Source: Mycobacteriales bacterium (GTDB taxonomy: Bacteria; Actinomycetota; Actinomycetes; Mycobacteriales; SCTD01). Taken from it: DNA of 64,000 nt. The notes under the pieces were generated by a model. The model saw only the letters and a list, made by a program, of their open reading frames with translations. It was not told the origin of the DNA and searched no databases. Both the position numbers and the translations under genes were made by a program. The stretch lies in NCBI GenBank assembly GCA_038230355.1, contig JBBRNK010000017.1:8821-72820 (forward strand), read 5' to 3'. Shown here piece after piece: positions 29,748 through 39,110 of the stretch. Position 1 is the first letter of the stretch. Every line of letters begins with the position of its first letter.

Positions 29748-31030
29748 GCGAGCACCGCGGCCAGCTGCTCCCAGGAGCGCTCGCTGTCGGCCACCTCGTC
29801 GACCGGCTGGCGCAGGAAGGCCGAGATGAGGTCGCGACGGGCGAGCGCCTCGTCGACGAGGGGGTCGCTGCCGTACTGGTAGGCGCCGATCTCGACCAGG
29901 TCCTTGGCGTCGTCCGCTGCGGCCAGCAGCCGGCGCAGCCGGGCCGCGAGGGCGAGCCGGGGCCCCGGGGTGATCTTGGAGGCGAGGCGGGAGACCGACT
30001 CGAGCACGTCGACGGTGGGGAAGTGTCCGGCGGAGGCCAGACGACGGGACAGCACCAGGTGGCCGTCGAGGATCGAGCGGGCATGGTCGGCGACCGGGTC
30101 GTTCATGTCGTCCCCCTCGACGAGCACGGTGTAGAGCGCGGTGATCGTGCCCACCTCGCCGGGGCCGGCGCGCTCGAGCAACTTGGGCAGCTCCGCGAAG
30201 ACCGAGGGCGGGTAGCCGCGCGTCGCGGGTGGCTCGCCGGCTGCCAGGCCGATCTCCCGGCGGGCCATCGCGAAGCGGGTGAGGGAGTCGACGAGCAGGA
30301 GCACGTCGAGGCCCTGGTCCCGGTAGTGCTCAGCGATGCGCGTCGCGGTGTAGGCAGCGCGCAGCCGCATCAGGGGCGGCTCGTCGGAGGTGGCGACGAC
30401 ACAGACGACGCGCTCGCGGCCCTGCGGGCCGAGGTCGTCCTCGAGGAACTCGCGCACCTCGCGGCCGCGTTCGCCGACGAGGCCTACGACGATCACGTCG
30501 GCATGGGTGCCGCGCGCCATCATGCCCAGCAAGGTTGACTTCCCGACGCCGCTCCCGGCGAAGATGCCGACCCGCTGTCCCCGGCCGCACGGGGTCATGG
30601 TGTCGAGGCAGCGCACCCCGAGCGGCAGCGGTTCGGTGATCCGCTGGCGCTTCAGGGGATGCGGTACGGGGCCGTCCAGCCCGGTGAGGGTCCCGGTGAG
30701 CGGCGGGCCGTCGTCGATGGGCCGGCCGAGCGCGTCGAGGACCCGGCCAGCCAGGTCAGGTCCGACCCGCATGAGCAGTCCCTTGCCGGTGGGTTCGACG
30801 GGGGCTCCGGGTGACACGCCGTCCAGCTCGCCGTACGGGGCGAGGAGCAGCGCGTCCTCCTTCACCGCGACGACCTGGGCGGGCACACGTCGGTCACCGA
30901 TCGTGATGGCGACGACGTCCCCGAGCGAGCCGCGCAGGCCCTTGCACTCAGCCTCGAGCCCGACGACCCGGCTGATCCGACCGCGGGCCCGGATCGGGCT
31001 GACCTGGCGCAGCAGTTCGGCGACGCTCAC
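29744..31030 (-). CDS. fliI: Export ATPase FliI
   Basis: GIFAGSGVGKST, GERGREVREF, DSLTRFAMA.REIGL, LDGHLVLSR. Confidence 0.97.
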   Translation of the reverse strand: MSVAELLRQVSPIRARGRISRVVGLEAECKGLRGSLGDVVAITIGDRRVPAQVVAVKEDALLLAPYGELDGVSPGAPVEPTGKGLLMRVGPDLAGRVLDALGRPIDDGPPLTGTLTGLDGPVPHPLKRQRITEPLPLGVRCLDTMTPCGRGQRVGIFAGSGVGKSTLLGMMARGTHADVIVVGLVGERGREVREFLEDDLGPQGRERVVCVVATSDEPPLMRLRAAYTATRIAEHYRDQGLDVLLLVDSLTRFAMARREIGLAAGEPPATRGYPPSVFAELPKLLERAGPGEVGTITALYTVLVEGDDMNDPVADHARSILDGHLVLSRRLASAGHFPTVDVLESVSRLASKITPGPRLALAARLRRLLAAADDAKDLVEIGAYQYGSDPLVDEALARRDLISAFLRQPVDEVADSERSWEQLAAVLA

Positions 31031-31629
31031 CGCACGCCCCGGGCCGGGTCGACGCCCAGGGCCTCAGCGGCGATCCGGAGGGCGGCCGACACTGTCACGT
31101 CGACGCTGCCGGCGCCGTTGTCGAAGTGCGCGTTGCCAGGGGCCAGGGCTGCGTCGACGACGACCTCGATCGCCTTGCCCGCCGCCCATCCCCGGACCGC
31201 GGCCTCGTCGTACGGCGAGACGGTGGCCCGTGCCGTCGCGCTCGGAAGCAGGGCGTGGGCGGCGTCGGACAGGCGGGTCAGGACGCTGCGACTGTCCGCG
31301 CCGAGCTCGTGCCGCAGCACCCACTCGGCGATGTCGATCGCGGAGGCGAGCACCGCCCGGCTCGTCGTGTCGACGGTGAGGGCCTGCTGGTGGCCGGCCT
31401 CGGTGGCCAGGCGTTCGAGAGCGGCGGCGATCCGGGGCCCGGCATCGGCGCCCTCGGCGACCGCGGCCGCCCGGCCGGCGTCCAGACCCGCGGCGTACGC
31501 CTCGGCGATCGCGTCCTGGCGCTGCTGTTCGGCGAGCAGGGTCGCCGTGCTGCGGGAGGCGGCCGCGTCCCGCAGGACGGGAACCTGGCCGGCCTTGACG
31601 AAGCGGCGGACCTCGCTGGTGTGGCTCAC
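31027..31629 (-). CDS. fliH: FliH
   Basis: EAYAAGLDAGRAA glycine repeat; V..D..L.PG...D...GSVD; between fliG and fliI. Confidence 0.8.
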   Translation of the reverse strand: MSHTSEVRRFVKAGQVPVLRDAAASRSTATLLAEQQRQDAIAEAYAAGLDAGRAAAVAEGADAGPRIAAALERLATEAGHQQALTVDTTSRAVLASAIDIAEWVLRHELGADSRSVLTRLSDAAHALLPSATARATVSPYDEAAVRGWAAGKAIEVVVDAALAPGNAHFDNGAGSVDVTVSAALRIAAEALGVDPARGVR

Positions 31630-32627
31630 AGGTCGTCGTCCCCCTGGCGGGTGAGGACGAGGGAACCCTCCTCCTCGAGCTGACGGGCCAGGGCGACAAT
31701 CGCGTTGCGGGCTTCGGTGACGTCGGTGGCCCGGACCCCACGCAGCAGGTCCATCTCCTCGACGAGGCTCTCGCGCGCCCGTTCCGAGAGGTTTCCGAGC
31801 ACCTTGGCCTTGATCGACTCGGGGCTGCTCGACAGGGCGACGGCGAGCTGCTTGCTGTCGATGGAGCGGAGCAGGACCTGCATCGCCCGGGCCTCGAGTC
31901 CACAAACGTCGTCGAAGGTGAACAGGGCGTTGCGGGTGGCCTCGGCCAGCTCGGGATCGGTGGCGGCGAGGGCCAGGAGCAGCTCGCGGCTGGTGTCGCG
32001 TCCCGCCTTCGACAGGACCCCGGCCAGCAGCTCGGGCCCGTCGACCTTGCGCACCTCGGTACGCAGGACGTCCTGGATGCGGGAGCGCAGGCCGGCCTCG
32101 ACCTGCCGCACGGTGTCGGGGTGGACACCACCGAGGGCGGCGATCCGGGTGGCGATCTTGGTCTGCTCGCTCGGGGCGAGGCGGGTGAGCAGCCGCGCTG
32201 CTGCCCGGGGCTCGAGGTGGGCAAGGGCCAGGGCGACAGCGTTGGCCGGCTCGGTGGCGAGCCCCTTGGCCGCGGCCTCGGGGTCGGCGTCCGCCAGCCA
32301 GCCGAAGGGCACCGGGAGGTCGAGACGGTCGCCGAGGGCAGCACCGCGCTCCGCGCCGAGGGCGCGCACCAGCAGGTCCTTGGCGAAGCGCTTGCCGGGG
32401 GCGGGAAGCAGGTCGGGCTCGGCGAGTCCGCGGACCAGCTCGTTCATGGTGCTGCGGACCTCGTCTGGACTGACCGGACCCAGGGTCGCCACCTCGCCGG
32501 CCAGCGTGGCGACCTCGTCCTCTCCCAGTCCGCGCAAGATGGCGGCGGCGCGGTCCGGACCCAGTGCCACCAAGGCGATCGCGGCCTTGCGGCGGCCGGC
32601 GGACGTCGTCGTCGCGAGGGTCGTCAC
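31626..32627 (-). CDS. fliG: Rotor protein FliG
   Basis: GRRKAAI.L..LG, PF.WL, E..N.VAL.L, LFTFDD, NLSERA. Confidence 0.95.
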   Translation of the reverse strand: MTTLATTTSAGRRKAAIALVALGPDRAAAILRGLGEDEVATLAGEVATLGPVSPDEVRSTMNELVRGLAEPDLLPAPGKRFAKDLLVRALGAERGAALGDRLDLPVPFGWLADADPEAAAKGLATEPANAVALALAHLEPRAAARLLTRLAPSEQTKIATRIAALGGVHPDTVRQVEAGLRSRIQDVLRTEVRKVDGPELLAGVLSKAGRDTSRELLLALAATDPELAEATRNALFTFDDVCGLEARAMQVLLRSIDSKQLAVALSSSPESIKAKVLGNLSERARESLVEEMDLLRGVRATDVTEARNAIVALARQLEEEGSLVLTRQGDDDL

Positions 32628-34195
32628 CGGTCACCGGAGCCGACGTTGGCGAGCCACCCGCGCAGCATCCCGGCCACCTCGTCGGGGCTGTCGTCCAGGA
32701 CGCCGAGCAGCTCATCGGAGGAGCGCTGGCCAGGGACGCTCCCCGCGGGAAGCGCGATGGCCTCGCGGCCGACCAGGGCTCCCCGACGGCCAGCCTCCAC
32801 GGCGGCGGTGACCTGCTCGACGGGGATCTCGGTCGAGGTGCCCTTGCGGATCGTACGCAGGAAGCCGAAGCCGACGAACAGCAGCAGCAGGCCACCGAGC
32901 GCCTTGGGGCCGTAGGAGGCGACGAGGGCGAGCGGTCCGCTCTTGGCGGGGGTGGCGGCCTTGGTCGTCGTCGACGTGACCAGGAAGGACGGCGTGGTGA
33001 CCGACAGGGTGTCCCCGCGCTTGGGGTCCAGCCCGACCGCCCCCGCCACCATCGCGCTGATGTCGGTCGTCTTCGGGGCGTTCTTGGCGTTGCTGTCGAC
33101 GGCGACCGACACGGTCAGCCGCTTCACCCCGCCGGGGGCAACGACCTCGTGCGAGGTGGTGACCGAGACGCCGGTGGTCGTGGAGCTGTCGGTCTTGACG
33201 TAGCCGTTGCTCTTGCCGGCCGTGCCCGTCGTCGTGCCGGGGATCGCCCCGGTCGCGGTGGCCGAGGTGACGGGGCCACCCGTTGTCGTTGTCGTCGTCC
33301 CCGTGGCGGGGTTGTAGGTCTCGCTCGACTTCGTCTGGGTCAGCACGACCGCCTTCTTCGGGTCGTAGACCTGGGTGTCGATCGTCTTGTCGGAGGTGTC
33401 CATCTCGGCGTTGACCCGGATGACGGCATGGCCGGGCCCGAGCAGGGTGTCGAACATCGAGGTGACCTGGGCACTGAGCGCGTCCTCGTAGGAGCGCCGG
33501 GCGACGTCGGACTTGCCCGCCGAGGCGTTGCTGCCGGTCAGCAGGGTGCCGCTGCCGTCGGTGATGCTCACGTCCTTGGGGGCGAGGGAGGGTACGGCGC
33601 TGGCCACCAGGTGGGTCATGGCCTCGACCGTGCTGGCCGACAGCGTCCCGCTGCTCTGCACGAGGACCGAGGCGCGGGCGGGGTCCTGGTTCTCGCTGAA
33701 CAACCTCTTCTCCGGCAGGGCCAGGTGGACCTGGGCGCTGGTGACACCCGCGATCGCCTGGAGGCTGCCGGCGAGGGTCGCCTCGAGGGCCCGCTGATAG
33801 GCCACCTGCTGCTGGAAGGACGAGCTCGTGAGGCCCTGCTTGTCGAAGGCCGCCCAGCCGTCCTGCGTGGTTCCGGCCGGCAGGCCCGCTGCGGCGACCG
33901 AGATGCGCTCCTTGTCGATGACGGACTGGGGCACCATCACCGTCGTACCGCCGCTGGCGAGCTTGTAGGCGACGCCGTCGGCGGACAGCTTCGTGGTGAC
34001 CGCGGCGGCGTCCTTCGCGTCGAGCCCGGCCAGCAGCACCCCGTACGACGGGGCGCTGACCCAGGACAGGAAGAAGACGCCTCCGGTGACGCCGAGGACC
34101 GACAACAGACCGATGATCACGAGCTGTGACGGGCTGAAGCCCTTGAGGGTGCTGACGGCCCGTGTCTTGAGGCCGTCCATGTCGAGCGCTGCCAT
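32624..34195 (-). CDS. fliF: MS-ring protein FliF
   Basis: Two TMs; FDKQGLTSSSFQQQVAYQRALE, AQVHLALP, APGGVKRLTVSVAV, LRGWL. Confidence 0.95.
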   Translation of the reverse strand: MAALDMDGLKTRAVSTLKGFSPSQLVIIGLLSVLGVTGGVFFLSWVSAPSYGVLLAGLDAKDAAAVTTKLSADGVAYKLASGGTTVMVPQSVIDKERISVAAAGLPAGTTQDGWAAFDKQGLTSSSFQQQVAYQRALEATLAGSLQAIAGVTSAQVHLALPEKRLFSENQDPARASVLVQSSGTLSASTVEAMTHLVASAVPSLAPKDVSITDGSGTLLTGSNASAGKSDVARRSYEDALSAQVTSMFDTLLGPGHAVIRVNAEMDTSDKTIDTQVYDPKKAVVLTQTKSSETYNPATGTTTTTTGGPVTSATATGAIPGTTTGTAGKSNGYVKTDSSTTTGVSVTTSHEVVAPGGVKRLTVSVAVDSNAKNAPKTTDISAMVAGAVGLDPKRGDTLSVTTPSFLVTSTTTKAATPAKSGPLALVASYGPKALGGLLLLFVGFGFLRTIRKGTSTEIPVEQVTAAVEAGRRGALVGREAIALPAGSVPGQRSSDELLGVLDDSPDEVAGMLRGWLANVGSGDR

Positions 34196-34488
34196 CAGAC
34201 TTGCATCCTCATGATCTCCTGGTAGGCCTCGACCGCGCGGTTGCGCAGGGCCACGGTGAGCTCGACGCCGAGCTGGGCCTTGGCAGCCGCGGCGGTGAAC
34301 TGGTGTACGTCGGTGAGCTGGCCGGTGGCGACACCCTCGGCGAGCTTGTCCGCCGAGCCGGTCAGCTGGGTGACGCTGTTGAGGCTGTCCGCGAAGGCCG
34401 AGCCGGAGGTCGGCGCGGTGCCCGAGCCGGTGACGGTGGCCGGCACGAAGGGGGTCGCGGAGGCGGCCGCGACACCGGTGAGGATCAT
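34195..34488 (-). CDS. fliE: FliE
   Basis: DVHQ..AAA.KAQL..ELTVALRNRAVEAYQEIMRMQV. Confidence 0.95.
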   Translation of the reverse strand: MILTGVAAASATPFVPATVTGSGTAPTSGSAFADSLNSVTQLTGSADKLAEGVATGQLTDVHQFTAAAAKAQLGVELTVALRNRAVEAYQEIMRMQV

Positions 34489-34886
34489 GAACCCGACCCG
34501 ATGCGCAGGGCCTGCGCATAGCTGTCGCGGGCCTGCTGCATCACCGTGAGGTTGGCTTGGTAGAGACGGCTGGCCATCATCATGTTGGTGAGCTCCTCGG
34601 TCAGGTCGACCTTGGGGCGGGTGACATAGCCGTTCTTGTCGGCCAGCGGGTTCTCCGGGTCGTACACGACGTCCGGGGCGCCGCCCTGCTGCACCGTGCC
34701 GGTGACGGCGACGCCCTCGGTGCCCGGCTGCGACTGGGCCACGACCAGTCTGGCGCGGAAGGGCGCCTGGCCAGCGGCACGGACCGTGTTGACGTTGGCC
34801 ACGTTGTTGGAGATGACGTCCATCATCGTGCGGCCCAGGGTGACGCCCGTGGTCGCGGCGTCGAGGGCGCCGAACATCCCGCTCAT
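34485..34886 (-). CDS. flgC: Rod protein FlgC
   Basis: ISNNVANVNT, YDPENPLADKNGYV..P.VDL.EE. Confidence 0.95.
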   Translation of the reverse strand: MSGMFGALDAATTGVTLGRTMMDVISNNVANVNTVRAAGQAPFRARLVVAQSQPGTEGVAVTGTVQQGGAPDVVYDPENPLADKNGYVTRPKVDLTEELTNMMMASRLYQANLTVMQQARDSYAQALRIGSGS

Positions 34887-35230
34887 CGCAGGGCCGTCCG
34901 CAACACGCCAAGGCGGTAGTTGGTGGCCTGGACGAGGGCCTCGTACTGCAGGCCGCTTCTCATCATCGAGGTCGACTCGGTGGCCAGGTCCACGCTGTTG
35001 CCGGTCGCGTCGCCGGCCCCACCGGCGTCGGTGACGCTGAGGGAGGTGCGGGCCGGGTCCTGCCCGGTCTCGAGCGCGGCGCTGAGGCTGCTCTCGAAGG
35101 AGACCGACTGCGCCCGGTAGCCCGGGGTCATGACGTTGGCGACGTTCTGTGCGGTGACCCGCTGGCGCAGGGCAACGCCGTCCATCGCCCGTTCCAGCGC
35201 GCTCTGCACGCCGTCGGTGAACAAGGTCAT
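34883..35230 (-). CDS. flgB: Rod protein FlgB
   Basis: RQRVTAQNVANVMTPGYRA..VSFE, GNSVDL..E. Confidence 0.95.
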   Translation of the reverse strand: MTLFTDGVQSALERAMDGVALRQRVTAQNVANVMTPGYRAQSVSFESSLSAALETGQDPARTSLSVTDAGGAGDATGNSVDLATESTSMMRSGLQYEALVQATNYRLGVLRTALR

Positions 35231-35297
35231 CGGGGGGACTCCACGTCGCGCGCGGTGGGGTCATCCATGAGGGGGGTCTTACGTCCGTGTGTGGGGT

Positions 35298-35324
35298 TCA
35301 TCGGTCTGTGTGACTGGTCATTAA
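35298..35324 (-). promoter_or_regulatory. Sigma28-type promoter for the flgB operon
   Basis: TTAA-N15-ACCGATGA. Confidence 0.65.
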
Positions 35325-35401
35325 CGCTCTGTGACCAATTGAGGCAAAGACCCTCACACCGGGTGGTGGCGACCTAGTCCCTCCGGAGTCACCCGAAGGG
35401 G

Positions 35402-35680
35402 TCAGCCGGCGTCGTATGCCGTCGCGTAGGACATCTCGCGGTTGAGCTGCTCGCGCCGGACGAGGGCGGTCCGCTGGGCCGACATCAGCTGGGCAAGCAG
35501 TGCCTGTGCGCGCACCTGGACCTCGACCGGCGCGGGCCCACCCGGCAGGCAGGGGGCCGCGGACAGCTGGACCGGCTCGCGAGCCGACAGGGCCACGACC
35601 GACCGACGTACCCATTCCTCCAGGGCGTCCAGGGCGTCGTTCCAGGCCTGACGGTCGCCCAGGAGCTTCGGGCCGGTCAT
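35402..35680 (-). CDS. Small helical protein after fliS (FliT position; possible chaperone)
   Basis: ATGA overlap with fliS; W..ALD.LE...P.....RA..LL..; function inferred from position only. Confidence 0.65.
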   Translation of the reverse strand: MTGPKLLGDRQAWNDALDALEEWVRRSVVALSAREPVQLSAAPCLPGGPAPVEVQVRAQALLAQLMSAQRTALVRREQLNREMSYATAYDAG

Positions 35681-36096
35681 GCCACGCGGGCGGTCAGGCA
35701 CGAACTGCGCCAGGCCAGCTGAATCGGCTCGACCACGTCGAGGGCGGCGCGGGTGCCGGCCGGGTCGCGCCGGAAGCCGGCCTGGAGCAGCTGCTGCCAG
35801 GCGAACGTGTAGAGGGCGTCCAGGCGCCCGGCGAGGTCGCGGGCCTCCGACCCGGCAGCCGGGTTCAAGGTGGTGCGCAGCTCGAGCAAGATGTCCTGTG
35901 CCTTCGACAGCCGGGGAATCGCGGCGACGTGGTCGCCGGCCTCCTGCAGGCGCAGTGCGACCTTGAGCGCACCGACGCAGGCGTCGTAGAGCATCGCGGT
36001 CAGCTCGGCGGGGCTGGCCGTCATCACGCGCTCGGCCAGGTAACGGTCGGCCGCCGCCGTCGGGGAGGCCAGGGGGGTTGCGAGTCCTGCAGACAT
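35677..36096 (-). CDS. fliS: Flagellin chaperone FliS
   Basis: VMTASPAELTAMLYD, KAQDILLEL..TL, L.ALY.F, AW. Confidence 0.94.
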   Translation of the reverse strand: MSAGLATPLASPTAAADRYLAERVMTASPAELTAMLYDACVGALKVALRLQEAGDHVAAIPRLSKAQDILLELRTTLNPAAGSEARDLAGRLDALYTFAWQQLLQAGFRRDPAGTRAALDVVEPIQLAWRSSCLTARVA

Positions 36097-36143
36097 CGAG
36101 GGTCCTTCCTCGGGTGGGACGAGGCCTTCCTGACCTCTCTGGT

Positions 36144-36170
36144 CCATCGGCGTCACGGCCAGATCCCTTA
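36144..36170 (-). promoter_or_regulatory. Sigma28-type promoter for fliS (its -35 overlaps the fliD stop)
   Basis: TAAG-N15-GCCGATGG. Confidence 0.7.
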
Positions 36171-38000
36171 GCCCACGGGCAGGCTGCTGAGGGAGCTGGC
36201 CAGCGCGGACTGCTGCGCCTTGAGCTTGCCCAGAGCTGCGTCCAACGCGGCGAACTTCGCGCTGTAGGTGGTCTGGAGCAGGCCCATCCGCACCTCGAAC
36301 GCGTCGATCTGGTCTTGGCGCCGCTTGACCTCGGCGCCCGCGCTGGTCGTCGACGTCGTTACCAGGCCGTCGCCTGCCGTGGTGGCCTTGGCGTAGTCCT
36401 CGACGGACTTCGCGAAGCCGGACAGGACGCTCGACACGCCGTCCGGGTCCTTCGCCAGCTGCGCGGAGAACATCGCGCTGTCGAACGACAACGTGCCGTC
36501 GCGGGTGGTCTGGATCCCCAGCTGGGACAGGATCTTCGTCTGCCCTGTGCCGCTCGCGTCGGCCGCCAGGCTCAGCAGCGACCCCGCGATGCTGCGCGCC
36601 GCACCCTCTCCGGACAGCGGACCGCCCCTCTTGGTGGTGGCGTTGTAGGCGGTCTGGGTCTTGAGGTCGTTGACGATCGCGTTCACGGCGTCGACGAGCG
36701 ACTGGGCCTTGGTCGCGGTGGCCGCGCCATCCCGGTTGACGCTGACGGTGGTCGGGTCGGCCCCAGCAGCGGTGGCCTTGACCAGGGTGAGCGTCACCCC
36801 GGCGATCACGTCCGACACCGTGTTGCTGCTTCGGGTCAGGGTCGAGCCCCCGACCTCCAGGGTGGCATCACGCGCGGCCACGACCGAGCTCAGCTGGCCC
36901 GAAGCGAGCACGCTGATGCCACTGGAGTCGATCGTCACCTCGCCGGAGGAGCCGGTGGCCAGGGCACTGAGCACCAGCCGGTTGGGGTTGGTCGAGCCGT
37001 CCCCGGTGTCGATCAGCGCAGCTGTCAGCGGGCTGCCCGAGGCGCCGATCTTGCTGGTGAGGTCCGCAAGGGTGGTCGTCGCATCGGTACGAACGACGTT
37101 GAGGCTGGCCGAGCCGAGCCCCAGGTGCCCGTTGGAGGTCAGGGTCACGCCGCCGCCGAGGTCGAGGACGGTTCCGGTGTCGAGGTGGCCGACCGTCACC
37201 GCGGTACCGCCGTCAAGGGAGACCAGCCCGTCGGCTCCGCTCGTCGTACCGGCGGCGACCCCGAGGAAGGACAGTGCGCCCCCTGACAGCGTGAGACTCG
37301 CGCCCGAGCCCTCGTCGCGGCTGGCGAGCTGCAGCTGCCCGGCGACCAGGTTGACCTCGGCGACACCCGAGAGCTGGGTGGACAGGTCGGCAACGAGGTC
37401 GGCGGCAGTCGCGTACGTCCCGAGTGTGACGGTGTGGGCCACGCCGTCGGCGAGGGTCACTGTCAGGTCGGCGGACCCGGCGAAGGACAGCTCCGGAGGG
37501 GCGGTCCCGGCGGCGATCGCCTTGCTGGTGGCGCGGTCGACGGTGATGGCGTGCGCCCCGTTGGCCGTCTGGCTCGTGACGGCGACCGCGCCTGCTCCGA
37601 TCTTCGCGAGGCCGGAGCTGAGGACCGCCTGGCCGGCTCCGACGAGCATGGTGGGGGCGCTGAGCGGACCGGAGCTGAGCTGTTGGGCGGTGGCGAGTCG
37701 GACCACGCGGATCCCCACCGACCCCAGCTGAGCGCCGGACCCGGCCAGGGCCATGACGGTGGTGGGGTCGCTGGTCGCCGCGCTCGAGCTCTGCGCCTTG
37801 ACGGGCGTGTCGAGGACTCTGGCGGCGGCCTGCAGGGTCGCGAGCTTCGTTCCGATCCCGGCCCAAGCGGTCTGCGTCGACAAGGCCGACAGGCGCAGGC
37901 TGTTCATCTGCGTCTCGGGAAGCCGTTCCGCGTTCATGAGCTGCGTGACGATCGCCTGCAGGTCGATGCCCGCGCCGAGCCCACTGATCACCGATGCCAC
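36168..38000 (-). CDS. fliD: Filament cap FliD
   Basis: ISGLGAGIDL..IV.QLM.AER.P, SNTVSDVI.GVTLTL, LSQLGI.T..DGTL.FD, KF.ALD.AL. Confidence 0.95.
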   Translation of the reverse strand: MASVISGLGAGIDLQAIVTQLMNAERLPETQMNSLRLSALSTQTAWAGIGTKLATLQAAARVLDTPVKAQSSSAATSDPTTVMALAGSGAQLGSVGIRVVRLATAQQLSSGPLSAPTMLVGAGQAVLSSGLAKIGAGAVAVTSQTANGAHAITVDRATSKAIAAGTAPPELSFAGSADLTVTLADGVAHTVTLGTYATAADLVADLSTQLSGVAEVNLVAGQLQLASRDEGSGASLTLSGGALSFLGVAAGTTSGADGLVSLDGGTAVTVGHLDTGTVLDLGGGVTLTSNGHLGLGSASLNVVRTDATTTLADLTSKIGASGSPLTAALIDTGDGSTNPNRLVLSALATGSSGEVTIDSSGISVLASGQLSSVVAARDATLEVGGSTLTRSSNTVSDVIAGVTLTLVKATAAGADPTTVSVNRDGAATATKAQSLVDAVNAIVNDLKTQTAYNATTKRGGPLSGEGAARSIAGSLLSLAADASGTGQTKILSQLGIQTTRDGTLSFDSAMFSAQLAKDPDGVSSVLSGFAKSVEDYAKATTAGDGLVTTSTTSAGAEVKRRQDQIDAFEVRMGLLQTTYSAKFAALDAALGKLKAQQSALASSLSSLPVG

Positions 38001-38036
38001 AGCCAGTCCCTTCCTGTCTCACGAGGTACGACGGAG

Positions 38037-38079
38037 CCCGGTGGGTGCCGTCACCGGGGAGGTGACGGCACCCACCGGG
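38037..38079. terminator. Perfect 19-bp-stem hairpin between flagellin and fliD
   Basis: CCCGGTGGGTGCCGTCACC-GGGGA-GGTGACGGCACCCACCGGG. Confidence 0.8.
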
Positions 38080-38124
38080 TGCGACCCGGTTCACGGCTCC
38101 AACCGCCGACCGGATCGTGAGCGG

Positions 38125-38928
38125 CTACTGCCGAAGCAGGGACAGGACGCCCTGTGACGACTGGTTCGCCTGGGCCAGCATCGCGGTGCCGGCCTGGTTC
38201 ATGATCTGGTTGCGGCTGAACGACGTCATCTCCATCGCCATGTCGGTGTCGCGGATGCGCGACTCCGACGCGGAGAGGTTCTCCACGGCCACGCCGAGGT
38301 TGGCGACGGTGTGCTCCAAGCGGTTCTGGAAGGCACCGAGCGTCCCGCGGGAGGCCGAGACCGCTGCGATCTGCGTGTCGACCGTGGAGATGGAGCTGGC
38401 CGTCGCGCCGAGCGCGGACGACACCGACGTCAGGTTGAGCGTCGTGAGGTCCAGAGCGATCGTGTCGGAGGAGTTGGCGCCGACCTGGAAGGTGCCGTTG
38501 TAGGTACCATCCAGGAGGTTGTTGCTGTTGAACTGGGTCGCCGTGCCGATGCGGCCGACCTCGGAGGCCAACGCCGCGTACTCGCTGTCGAGGGCGGTGT
38601 TGGCAGTGCTGCTGTTGCTCCCGGTGTTGGCCTTCTGCACGGTCAGGTCGCGCATCCGCTGGAGGATCGAGTGCACCTCGTTCAGGGCGCCTTCTGCGGT
38701 CTGGGCGACCGAGATGCCGTCCTGGGCGTTGCGTGTGGCGACCTTGAGGCCACCGATCTGCGAGCGCAGGCTCTCGCTGTTGACGAGGCCGGCCGCGTCG
38801 TCGGCAGCCCTGTTGATGCGAAAACCGCTGGACAGCTTCTCCAGCGACTTGCCCATCTGGCCTTCCGTCACCGTGAGGTTTCGGTAGGCGTTCATCGCCG
38901 CGATATTGGTGTTGACGCGAAGCGACAT
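38125..38928 (-). CDS. fliC: Flagellin (267 aa, minimal)
   Basis: MSLRVNTNIAA...EKLSSGFRINRAADDAAGL...QRMRDL...SRIRDTDMA.E.. Confidence 0.98.
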   Translation of the reverse strand: MSLRVNTNIAAMNAYRNLTVTEGQMGKSLEKLSSGFRINRAADDAAGLVNSESLRSQIGGLKVATRNAQDGISVAQTAEGALNEVHSILQRMRDLTVQKANTGSNSSTANTALDSEYAALASEVGRIGTATQFNSNNLLDGTYNGTFQVGANSSDTIALDLTTLNLTSVSSALGATASSISTVDTQIAAVSASRGTLGAFQNRLEHTVANLGVAVENLSASESRIRDTDMAMEMTSFSRNQIMNQAGTAMLAQANQSSQGVLSLLRQ

Positions 38929-38935
38929 GGTGGTG

Positions 38936-38981
38936 CTCCCATCCGTGAGAGTGAGTGTGACGTCCGGCATCCGTGCTGGAC
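38936..38981 (-). promoter_or_regulatory. Two CsrA-type CAcGGAUG hairpins in the flagellin leader
   Basis: GTCCAGCACGGATGCCGGAC and CTCTCACGGATGGGAG; the second covers the RBS. Confidence 0.75.
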
Positions 38982-38988
38982 ACCTGTC

Positions 38989-39015
38989 TCATCGGCAGCC
39001 GCCGTGAACTGTGAG
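38989..39015 (-). promoter_or_regulatory. Sigma28-type promoter, downstream flagellin copy
   Basis: CTCA-N15-GCCGATGA. Confidence 0.65.
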
Positions 39016-39042
39016 CGACCCGAATGGGTGACCCCGGGAATG

Positions 39043-39076
39043 CCGAAGGCCGGCCCCTGTCGGGACCGGCCTTCGG
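39043..39076. terminator. Hairpin after the upstream flagellin; adjacent 9-bp repeat (CGGGTGGAG-like x4, 39074-39109)
   Basis: CCGAAGGCCGGCCCC-TGTC-GGGACCGGCCTTCGG. Confidence 0.7.
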
Positions 39077-39110
39077 GTCGAGCGGGTGGAGCGGGTGGAG
39101 CGGGCGGAGG

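Noticed and set aside
29744..34195. Non-flagellar type III secretion system
   Set aside because: Flagellin, hook, cap, stator and chemotaxis genes make it flagellar
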